NCBI RefSeq assembly: GCF_019710635.1
Contig: NZ_JAIFZS010000057.1
Location: 3,775 to 35,774 of the forward strand
Length of the DNA: 32,000 nt
Reading direction: 5' to 3'
Source: Mycolicibacterium xanthum
GTDB taxonomy: Bacteria > Actinomycetota > Actinomycetes > Mycobacteriales > Mycobacteriaceae
Under the pieces are notes generated by a model. It was not told the DNA's origin. It was given only the letters and a program-made list of their open reading frames with translations, and did no database searches. The position numbers and the translations under genes were made by a program. How positions within the stretch are numbered: the first letter of the stretch is position 1; the number at the start of each line of letters is the position of its first letter. Below are positions 15,999 through 23,071 of the stretch, one piece after another.

Positions 15999-16201
15999 GG
16001 TTCACCTTCCATGTCAGGTCGCAGTCGCACGCGACGAATGCACAAACGATTGTGCGCTCGCACAGGCTGCATCCTGAACCCGGCAAGACCAAACTACCCA
16101 ACGACCCAGCGCTTCTGCCGTGACCGGCCACAGATTAAACCAGGTGCGGGCGGCACGCCCGTAGCATGGCGGATCGACACCGGTGTGATCGGAGGAGGTG
16201 C

Positions 16202-16975
16202 ATGACCACGAACACCACCGATGCCGTCGGTGCCCCCGATCCGGTGGCCCAGATCGAGGCGGGTCCCGAGGGGCCACGGGTCGGGGCGTTCTTCGACCTG
16301 GACGGCACGCTGGTCGACGGGTTCACCGCCACCGCGCACGCCGGCGACCGGATCCGCCGCGGTCAGGCCCGCATCGGCGAGGTGCTGGGGGTGATCGAGG
16401 CGTCCATGCGCTACCGGTTCGGCCGCATGCAGTTCGAGCGGCTGCTGGTCCGGGCGGCGGGCTACCTGCGTGGCGAGTCGCTGGCCGAGCTCGACGAGGT
16501 CGGCGAGCGCCTGTTCGGTGAACGGGTGCGTGCGCGGCTGTTTCCGGACATGCGCCGGATCGTGCAGGCTCACCAGCGCCGTGGCCACACCGTTGTGCTG
16601 TGTTCGTCGGCGCTGACGATCCACGCCGAACCCGTCGCCCGCTTCCTGGACATCGAGAACGTGCTCTGCAACCACTTCGAGCTCGACGGCGCGGGCGCGC
16701 TGACCGGCCGCATCGCCAAACCCGTCATCTGGGGCCGGCAGAAGGCGGCGACCGTCGAACAGTTCTGCGCGAACAACGCCGTCGAGCTGGCGAGCAGCTA
16801 TTTCTACGCCGACGGTGACGAGGACTCCCACCTGATGGTCAAGGTCGGGTTCCCACGGCCGGTCAACCCGCGCCGCCGTCTGGCCGCGCTGGCCGCCGAG
16901 CGTGGTTGGCCGGTGCTGCGCATGGCGACGCCGGGCCGGGGCGGACATGGCGGACTGCGTGGTGTACTAAAGTAG
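16202..16975 (+). CDS. HAD-superfamily hydrolase, subfamily IB (SerB-like phosphatase)
   Basis: The ATG at 16202 follows GGAGGAGG. Motif I is GAFFDLDGTLVDG, motif II VVLCSSA, and motif IV YADGDED. Confidence 0.8.
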   Translation: MTTNTTDAVGAPDPVAQIEAGPEGPRVGAFFDLDGTLVDGFTATAHAGDRIRRGQARIGEVLGVIEASMRYRFGRMQFERLLVRAAGYLRGESLAELDEVGERLFGERVRARLFPDMRRIVQAHQRRGHTVVLCSSALTIHAEPVARFLDIENVLCNHFELDGAGALTGRIAKPVIWGRQKAATVEQFCANNAVELASSYFYADGDEDSHLMVKVGFPRPVNPRRRLAALAAERGWPVLRMATPGRGGHGGLRGVLK

Positions 16976-16986
16976 AACACGTTTCA
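16973..16986. promoter_or_regulatory. KstR-type operator box TAGAACACGTTTCA
   Basis: It fits TnnAACnnGTTnnA at all fixed positions. It begins with the TAG stop codon of the HAD gene and lies 32 bp upstream of the nitronate monooxygenase start. A -10-like TAAAGT (16968-16973) overlaps its left edge. Confidence 0.6.
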
Positions 16987-17017
16987 GTTTTCGCCTCCGG
17001 CCCACGAGGAGCAGACT

Positions 17018-18148
17018 ATGCACACTCCGCTGTGCGACCAGCTCGGCATCGAGTTCCCCATCTTCGCCTTCACCCACTGCCGCGACGTCGTGGTGGCGGT
17101 GAGCAAGGCCGGTGGCTTCGGCGTGCTCGGCGCCGTGGGCTACACCCCCGTACAGCTCGAGATCGAGCTCAACTGGATCGACGAGCACATCGGCGAGCAC
17201 CCGTACGGTGTGGACATCGTCATCCCCAACAAATACGAGGGCATGGACTCGAACATGTCCGCCGACGAGTTGACCAAGACGCTGCAGGACATGGTGCCCC
17301 AGGAGCATCTCGACTTCGCCCGCAAGATCCTGTCCGATCACGGGGTCCCCGTCGAGCACAGCGGCGAGGACGCGCTGCAGCTGCTCGGCTGGACCGAGGC
17401 CACCGCCACCCCGCAGGTCGAGGTCGCGCTGCAGCATCCCAAGGTCACGATGATCGCCAACGCGCTGGGCACTCCCCCGGCCGACATGATCGCCCACATC
17501 CACGACGCGGGCCGGGTGGTGGCCGCGCTGTGCGGTTCGCCGTCGCAGGCCCGCAAGCACGCCGACGCCGGGGTCGACATCATCATCGCCCAGGGCGGTG
17601 AGGCGGGTGGACACTGCGGGGAGATCGGTTCGATCGTGCTGTGGCCGCAGGTCGTCAAGGAGGTGGCGCCGCTACCGGTGCTGGCTGCCGGCGGCATCGG
17701 CAGCGGCCAGCAGATCGCGGCCGCGCTGGCGCTGGGTGCCCAGGGCGCCTGGACCGGATCTCAGTGGGTGATCGTCGAGGAGTCCGAGAACAGCCCGGTC
17801 CAGCACGCCGCATACGTCAAGGCCACCAGTAAGGACACCGTGCGCAGCCGGTCGTTCACCGGCAAGCCGGCCCGGATGTTGCGCAACGACTGGACCGAGG
17901 CCTGGGAGAAGCCGGAGAACCCCAAGCCGCTCGGCATGCCGCTGCAGTACATGGTGTCCGGCATGGCGGTGGCCGCCACCCACCGGTACCCCGACGAGTC
18001 GGTCGACGTGGCGTTCAACCCGATCGGCCAGGTGGTCGGTCAGTTCACCAAGGTCGAGAAGACCGCCACCGTCATCGAGCGCTGGGTGCAGGAGTACCTG
18101 GAGGCGACCGCGAGGCTCGACGAGCTCAACGAGGCCGCCAGCGTGTAG
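17018..18148 (+). CDS. Nitronate monooxygenase / 2-nitropropane dioxygenase-like FMN oxidoreductase
   Basis: 376 aa with LGIEFPIFAFTHCRDVVVAVSKAGGFGVLG, IIAQGGEAGGHCG and VLAAGGIGSG, typical of the NMO family. A GAGGAG Shine-Dalgarno sequence lies upstream. Confidence 0.9.
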   Translation: MHTPLCDQLGIEFPIFAFTHCRDVVVAVSKAGGFGVLGAVGYTPVQLEIELNWIDEHIGEHPYGVDIVIPNKYEGMDSNMSADELTKTLQDMVPQEHLDFARKILSDHGVPVEHSGEDALQLLGWTEATATPQVEVALQHPKVTMIANALGTPPADMIAHIHDAGRVVAALCGSPSQARKHADAGVDIIIAQGGEAGGHCGEIGSIVLWPQVVKEVAPLPVLAAGGIGSGQQIAAALALGAQGAWTGSQWVIVEESENSPVQHAAYVKATSKDTVRSRSFTGKPARMLRNDWTEAWEKPENPKPLGMPLQYMVSGMAVAATHRYPDESVDVAFNPIGQVVGQFTKVEKTATVIERWVQEYLEATARLDELNEAASV

Positions 18149-18157
18149 GCGGGTGGT

Positions 18158-19429
18158 TCACCGCCGCCGATCGGCGGCGGGTCCGTGGTGGGTCTCGTAC
18201 ATGCGCAGCGCGATGATCAGGCCGGACATCGCGGTGAGGGCGGCGACGGACCAGATCGCGGCGCGAATGCCAAGGGTGTCTGCGACAACACCGGCGAGCA
18301 GAGCGCCGACCGCGAAGCCGCCGTCTCGCCACAGCCGGTAGGTCCCGACCGCCCTGGCCCGCCACGCCGGATGTGCGACGTCCCCGATCGCTGCGAGCAG
18401 GGTCGGGTAGACCATTGCGGTCCCGACTCCCAGGAGCGCCGCGGCAACGGCCCACATCGGGTAGGTGTCACCCAGTGCGATCAGGCTCAAAGCGATTGCC
18501 TGGAGCCACATTCCGGAGGCGATGAGCCACTTGCGGCCCCAGCGGTCCGAGAGCGCGCCGGTGATCAACTGGCCTGCACCCCACACGGCGGGGTACAGAC
18601 CGGCCAGCACGCCGATCTTGCCGACCGACAGCCCCGCCGCAGCGAACAGGATCGGGAACAACCCCCAGGCCAGGCCGTCGTTGAGGTTGTTGACCAGGCC
18701 GGCCTGGCTCGCCGACGACAGCGCCGGCTCACGGAAACTCGTTTGAAGGAACACTTCGCGGTTGGTCAGTCGGTCGTGCAGACGGTCGCGGTCGCTGTCG
18801 GTGCGGATCACATGGGTGGCGGCCTCGAGCCGGGCGTGGCCGCGGGTCTCCTTGACCATCAGCGTGGACAGGCCGAGGCCCAGGGCGGCGAAAGCGATAC
18901 CGAGCAGGAACGGTGCCGGGCGCAGGCCGTAGGCCTGGGCCAGGTAGCCGGTGGCCAGGGCGGTCGCCGCGACCGCGCCGTAACCGGCGGCCTCGTTGAG
19001 GCCCATCGCCAGGCCGCGGCGGTGCGGTCCGACCAGATCGATCTTCATCACCACCGTGGTGGACCAGGTGAGGCCCTGGCTGATGCCGAGCAGCACGTTG
19101 GCGGCGATGACCCACGACCACGATGGCGCCCAGATCAACAACAGCGGCACCGGAACGGCGCTCAGCCAGCCCGCGATCAGTACCGGTTTGCGGCCGAAGC
19201 GGTCGGACAGCGTGCCGGCGAAGTAGTTCGTCGCGGCTTTGGCCACCCCGAACACCAGGATGAACGACAACCCGGCCGTGTAGGCGGCAATGCCGAATAC
19301 CCGCTCACCGAGCAGCGGTAGGACGGTCCGTTCCTGGCCGAGCATTCCGCCGACCAGGGCGTTGACCGCGACCAGCAGGCAGAACTGAGCGAGGTTGGCC
19401 CTCAGACCGAGGCGAGGTTCGCCGGGCAC
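18158..19429 (-). CDS. MFS transporter (12-TM type)
   Basis: Long hydrophobic ORF with MFS-type loops (GTLSDRFGRKPVL, GALSDRWGRKWLI). The start is uncertain: I prefer GTG at 19429 so that it does not run into the TetR promoter, but the ORF is open up to 19516. Confidence 0.85.
   Translation of the reverse strand: MPGEPRLGLRANLAQFCLLVAVNALVGGMLGQERTVLPLLGERVFGIAAYTAGLSFILVFGVAKAATNYFAGTLSDRFGRKPVLIAGWLSAVPVPLLLIWAPSWSWVIAANVLLGISQGLTWSTTVVMKIDLVGPHRRGLAMGLNEAAGYGAVAATALATGYLAQAYGLRPAPFLLGIAFAALGLGLSTLMVKETRGHARLEAATHVIRTDSDRDRLHDRLTNREVFLQTSFREPALSSASQAGLVNNLNDGLAWGLFPILFAAAGLSVGKIGVLAGLYPAVWGAGQLITGALSDRWGRKWLIASGMWLQAIALSLIALGDTYPMWAVAAALLGVGTAMVYPTLLAAIGDVAHPAWRARAVGTYRLWRDGGFAVGALLAGVVADTLGIRAAIWSVAALTAMSGLIIALRMYETHHGPAADRRR
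18161..18180. terminator. GC hairpin between convergent genes (candidate bidirectional terminator)
   Basis: CCGCCGCC (18161-18168), loop GATC, GGCGGCGG (18173-18180). It overlaps the last codons of the MFS gene and starts 13 nt after the NMO stop. There is no U-tract. Confidence 0.3.
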
Positions 19430-19474
19430 CGGCGAAAGTCTACGGCGTGAAGTCGTTCGCGAACCCCCGACAAT

Positions 19475-19494
19475 TATGTAGAGTGACATACATA
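19475..19494. promoter_or_regulatory. AT-rich inverted repeat TATGTA-N8-TACATA, candidate TetR operator/divergent promoter element
   Basis: Read directly: caatTATGTAgagtgacaTACATAgcc. It lies in the roughly 89-bp region between the divergent MFS and TetR genes. Confidence 0.35.
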
Positions 19495-19518
19495 GCCCGT
19501 CGGCCGGAAGGAGCACCG

Positions 19519-20118
19519 GTGCCCACTCCGCGCGAGCGCATGGTCATCTCGGCGGCGCTGCTGATCCGGGAGCGGGGCGCGCACCCGACGGCCATCGCCG
19601 ACGTGCTCGAGCACAGCGGCGCGCCGCGCGGGTCGGCGTATCACTACTTCCCCGGCGGGCGTACCCAGTTGCTCTGCGAGGCCGTCGACTACGCCGCGGA
19701 GTTCATGGCCGCCCGGCTGGCGCGCGCCGGTTCCAGCCTCGACGCGCTCGACGATCTGTTCGGCTACTACCGGGAACAGCTGCAGGGCAGCGACTTCCGG
19801 GCGGGGTGCCCGGTGGTGGCGGTTGCGGTGGAGGCGGGCGACCCGGACAGACCCGATCAGGCGGCGAAGCTGCTCGAGCGCGCCGCCGTGGCGTTCGCCC
19901 GGTGGCAGGACGTCATCGCGCAGCGGCTCACCGCGGACGGGGTGCCCGCCCGGCAGGCGTCCGCGCTGGCGATGCTCGTGCTGACGTCGTTCGAGGGCGC
20001 GATCGTCATCGCGCGGGCGTCGCACGACCTCGCGCCGCTGGACCTGGTGCATGACCGGCTGCGCACCCTGATCACCGCCGACACCGCTGGCGAACCCGGA
20101 AAGGGAGACTCGAGATGA
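19519..20118 (+). CDS. TetR-family transcriptional regulator
   Basis: The GTG at 19519 follows GGAAGGAG. The HTH region is AHPTAIADVLEHSGAPRGSAYHYFPGG. Its stop overlaps the next gene's start (ATGA at 20115-20118). Confidence 0.85.
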   Translation: MPTPRERMVISAALLIRERGAHPTAIADVLEHSGAPRGSAYHYFPGGRTQLLCEAVDYAAEFMAARLARAGSSLDALDDLFGYYREQLQGSDFRAGCPVVAVAVEAGDPDRPDQAAKLLERAAVAFARWQDVIAQRLTADGVPARQASALAMLVLTSFEGAIVIARASHDLAPLDLVHDRLRTLITADTAGEPGKGDSR

Positions 20119-22373
20119 CCGACGACAAGGCCGACTGGCAGCCGACCGCGTGCATCCTCTGCGAGTGCAACTGCGGCATCGTGGTGCAGGTCGAAGACCG
20201 CACGCTGGCCCGCATCCGCGGCGACAAGCACCACCCCGCCTCCCGCGGCTACACCTGCAACAAGGCGCTGCGGCTGGATCACTATCAGAACAACCGCAAC
20301 CGTCTCACCTCCCCGATGCGCCGCAGACCCGATGGCTCGTTCGAGGAGATCGACTGGGACACGGCGATTTCGGAGATCGCGGCCGGGTTCCGGGCGGTCG
20401 CCGACACCCATGGTGGCGACAAGATCGTCTACTACGGCGGTGGCGGGCAGGGCAACCACCTGGGCGGCGCCTACAGCGGCGCGTTCCTCAGGGCGCTGGG
20501 TTCCCACTACAAATCCAACGCGCTGGCGCAGGAGAAGACCGGCGAGCACTGGGTTGACGCGCATTTCTACGGCAACCACACCCGCGGCGAGTTCGAGCGC
20601 GCCGAGGTGTCGGTGTTCGTCGGCAAGAACCCGTGGATGTCGCAGAGCTTTCCGCGCGCCCGGGTGGTGCTCAACGAGATCGCCAAGGATCCATCGCGCT
20701 CGATGATCGTCATCGATCCGGTGATCACCGACACCGCGAAGATGGCCGATTTCCACCTACGGGTACGGCCCGGAACGGATGCGTGGTGCCTGGCCGCGCT
20801 GGCCGCGGTGCTGGTGCAGGAGGACCTGTGCGACGAGGAGTTCCTGGCCGAGCACGTCACCGGGGTCGGGCCGGTGTGCGAGGTGCTGCGCGAGGTGCCG
20901 GTCGGCGAGTATGCACGGCGCTGCGGCGTCGACGAGTCGCTGCTGCGGGCCGCTGCGCGGCGGATCGGGACCGCGGGCAGCGTCGCGGTGTTCGAGGACC
21001 TCGGAGTGCAGCAGGCGCCCAACAGCACGTTGTGCTCGTACCTGGACAAGATGCTGTGGATCCTGACCGGCAACTTCGCCAAGCCCGGCGGCCAGCATCT
21101 GCATTCGTCGTTCGCCCCGTTGTTCCGGCCCGGCGGGGTGGGCCGCACGCCGGTCACCGGCGCGCCGATCATCGGGGGCCTGATGCCGAGCAACGTGCTG
21201 CCCGAGGAGATCCTGACCGACCATCCCGACCGGTTCCGCGCGATGATCGTGGAGAGCAGCAACCCGGCGCACTCGGTGGCCGATTCGGCGGCGGTGCGAC
21301 GGGCACTGGCCGCCCTCGAGCTGGTGGTGGTCATCGACGTGGCGATGACCGAGACCGCCCGGCTGGCGCACTATGTGTTGCCGGCGGCGAGTCAGTTCGA
21401 GAAGCCCGAGGCGACGTTCTTCAACCTGGAGTTCCCGCACAACACCTTCCACCTGCGGCACCGGCTGATGGAGCCGTTGGCGGGTACGCTGCCCGAGCCG
21501 GAGATCTGGGCGCGGCTGATGCGCGAGCTCGGCGTGGTCGACGCCGCCGAGCTGGAGCCGCTGCGGGCGGCGGCCGAACAGGGCCGCGAAGCGTTCACCG
21601 CGGCGTTCTTCGCGGCGGTGGGCACCAACCCTGGTCTGGGCAAGGTGTTGCCGTTCGTGCTCTACGAGACGCTGGGTCCGGCCCTGCCCGACGGGCTGTC
21701 CGGTGCGGCCGCGCTGTGGGGGCTGGCGCAGAAGGCGGCGATGACCTATCCCGAGGCGGTGCGCCGTGCGGGCCACGCGGACGGTAACGCTTTGTTCGAC
21801 GCGATTCTGGCCGGGCGCTCCGGGGTGACGTTCACCGTGCACGAGTACGGGGAGGACTTCGCGCTGATCTCGCACCCGGACCGCAGGATCGCCGTCGAGA
21901 TGCCCGAGATGCTCACCGAGATCCGCGCGCTGGCGGAGGCACCCGCAAGCCTGACGACCGCGGAGTTCCCGATCGTGCTGTCCGCCGGTGAGCGCCGGGC
22001 CCACACGGCCAACGACATCATCCGCGATCCGTCCTGGCGTAAACGTGACGTCGACGGGGCGCTGCGGGTCAGCATCGAGGACGCCGGGCGACTCGGGTTG
22101 ACCGACGGCGGTCGTGCGCTGATCACCACGGCGGCGGGACGGGCGGAGGCCACCGTCGAGATCAGCGACGCGATGTTGGCCGGGCATGCGTCGCTGCCCA
22201 ATGGCTACGGGCTGGACTTCGTCGACGGAGACGGCAGCGCGGTCATTCCCGGGGTGGCGCCCAACGCGCTGACATCGGGTGGCTGGCGCGACGCGTACGC
22301 GGGAACGCCATGGCACAAGCACGTGCCCGCGCGCATCGAGGCGGTCGGCGCGTTGGCGCCGACCGGTGGCTAG
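20115..22373 (+). CDS. Molybdopterin (bis-MGD) oxidoreductase with an N-terminal 4Fe-4S-binding Cys cluster; cytoplasmic (no Tat signal)
   Basis: 752 aa with CILCECNCGIVVQV..GYTCNKA (CxxCxxxC...C). Length and layout match the formate dehydrogenase/nitrate reductase-like MopB superfamily. There is no in-frame TGA, so it is not a selenoprotein. Confidence 0.88.
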   Translation: MTDDKADWQPTACILCECNCGIVVQVEDRTLARIRGDKHHPASRGYTCNKALRLDHYQNNRNRLTSPMRRRPDGSFEEIDWDTAISEIAAGFRAVADTHGGDKIVYYGGGGQGNHLGGAYSGAFLRALGSHYKSNALAQEKTGEHWVDAHFYGNHTRGEFERAEVSVFVGKNPWMSQSFPRARVVLNEIAKDPSRSMIVIDPVITDTAKMADFHLRVRPGTDAWCLAALAAVLVQEDLCDEEFLAEHVTGVGPVCEVLREVPVGEYARRCGVDESLLRAAARRIGTAGSVAVFEDLGVQQAPNSTLCSYLDKMLWILTGNFAKPGGQHLHSSFAPLFRPGGVGRTPVTGAPIIGGLMPSNVLPEEILTDHPDRFRAMIVESSNPAHSVADSAAVRRALAALELVVVIDVAMTETARLAHYVLPAASQFEKPEATFFNLEFPHNTFHLRHRLMEPLAGTLPEPEIWARLMRELGVVDAAELEPLRAAAEQGREAFTAAFFAAVGTNPGLGKVLPFVLYETLGPALPDGLSGAAALWGLAQKAAMTYPEAVRRAGHADGNALFDAILAGRSGVTFTVHEYGEDFALISHPDRRIAVEMPEMLTEIRALAEAPASLTTAEFPIVLSAGERRAHTANDIIRDPSWRKRDVDGALRVSIEDAGRLGLTDGGRALITTAAGRAEATVEISDAMLAGHASLPNGYGLDFVDGDGSAVIPGVAPNALTSGGWRDAYAGTPWHKHVPARIEAVGALAPTGG

Positions 22374-22379
22374 CCAGGG

Positions 22380-22901
22380 TCAGGGGGCGATCGGCGCCGG
22401 CAGCGGCAGTGCCGGATCGGCGGGCAGTGCCGGATCGGCGGGCGGCGGCGCGAGCGCCGGCTGCGGCCCGGCCGGCATGCCCGGTCTCGGATTCGAGCTG
22501 AGCGGACGCTGGGCCAGCAGCAGCAGCGCGTCGCTGCCGCTGACCTCCTGGGTCTGCATCGCGTGCCACAGATCGCGCAGGTAGTTCATCCGCGTCTGGT
22601 TCTGTGGGGTGGTGGTGGTGTCCGGCGGCAGGTTCTCCGGGCTCATCAGGTGCGGGACGCCGTCGGCGAGCGGATCGGCGGGCCCGGCGGCGAGCGCCGG
22701 TGCCGCCGCGGGCACCGCATCGGCCGCCGCGGGCACCGCATCGGCAGGCGCGGGCGTGACCTCGGCGACCAACGGGCCGGGGACGGGTGCCGGCACGGGG
22801 ACGGGATCGGCCCCCGCGGTCGGTGCGTTGACCACCAGCGCCGCGAACGCCGCCGCCCCGAGGACGGAGATCGTCTTTGCGTCGAGTCCGAGCTTCACCA
22901 C
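22380..22901 (-). CDS. Secreted Pro/Ala-rich protein of unknown function
   Basis: GTG start. The signal-like N-terminus is KTISVLGAAAFAALVVNAPTAGA followed by DP. There is a conserved-looking core (NYLRDLWHAMQTQEVSGSDALLLLAQRPL), and Pro/Ala repeats occur at both ends. Confidence 0.7.
   Translation of the reverse strand: MVKLGLDAKTISVLGAAAFAALVVNAPTAGADPVPVPAPVPGPLVAEVTPAPADAVPAAADAVPAAAPALAAGPADPLADGVPHLMSPENLPPDTTTTPQNQTRMNYLRDLWHAMQTQEVSGSDALLLLAQRPLSSNPRPGMPAGPQPALAPPPADPALPADPALPLPAPIAP
22406..22441. repeat. Perfect tandem duplication, 18 bp x2, in frame (encodes ADPALP x2)
   Basis: GCAGTGCCGGATCGGCGG occurs at 22406-22423 and again at 22424-22441, read directly from the sequence. Confidence 0.9.
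22702..22743. repeat. Perfect tandem duplication, 21 bp x2, in frame (encodes ADAVPAA x2), followed by a degenerate third copy
   Basis: GCCGCCGCGGGCACCGCATCG occurs at 22702-22722 and again at 22723-22743, read directly from the sequence. Confidence 0.9.
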
Positions 22902-23071
22902 TTGCCCCTTTCAGGCCGTGTCGAGGATCTCACTGGATGCTTCCGCCGCGCGGCCGATTTCGTTACATCTCCCGGCCGGACTTCCCCGCACTTCGGCCAA
23001 GTCGTCTCGGCGGGACCCGGGTGTGGTGTAGCAATGCGGTTACGGCCACGTCGACGGTTAGGAGCTCCCGC

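Noticed and set aside
16040-16140. SigF-type promoter upstream of the STAS gene (GGGTAG on the minus strand at 16094-16099), plus small inverted repeat GCACAA-N4-TTGTGC at 16040-16055
   Set aside because: The only GGTTT -35-like element lies 37 nt upstream of GGGTAG, far from the 15-17 nt spacing of SigF promoters. The 6-bp inverted repeat is too short to be meaningful on its own.
20757-22322. 521-aa minus-strand ORF inside the molybdopterin oxidoreductase gene
   Set aside because: It is a shadow ORF of a strongly supported 752-aa gene and has no motifs.
20115-22373. Selenocysteine (in-frame TGA) in the formate-dehydrogenase-like molybdoenzyme
   Set aside because: The ORF is uninterrupted and there is no in-frame TGA, so recoding does not need to be invoked.
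22902-23071. KstR or KstR2 operator upstream of cyp125
   Set aside because: There is no AACnnGTT or CAAGnnCTTG core in the region by eye. The nearest string, tagcaatgcggtta, fails the fixed positions.
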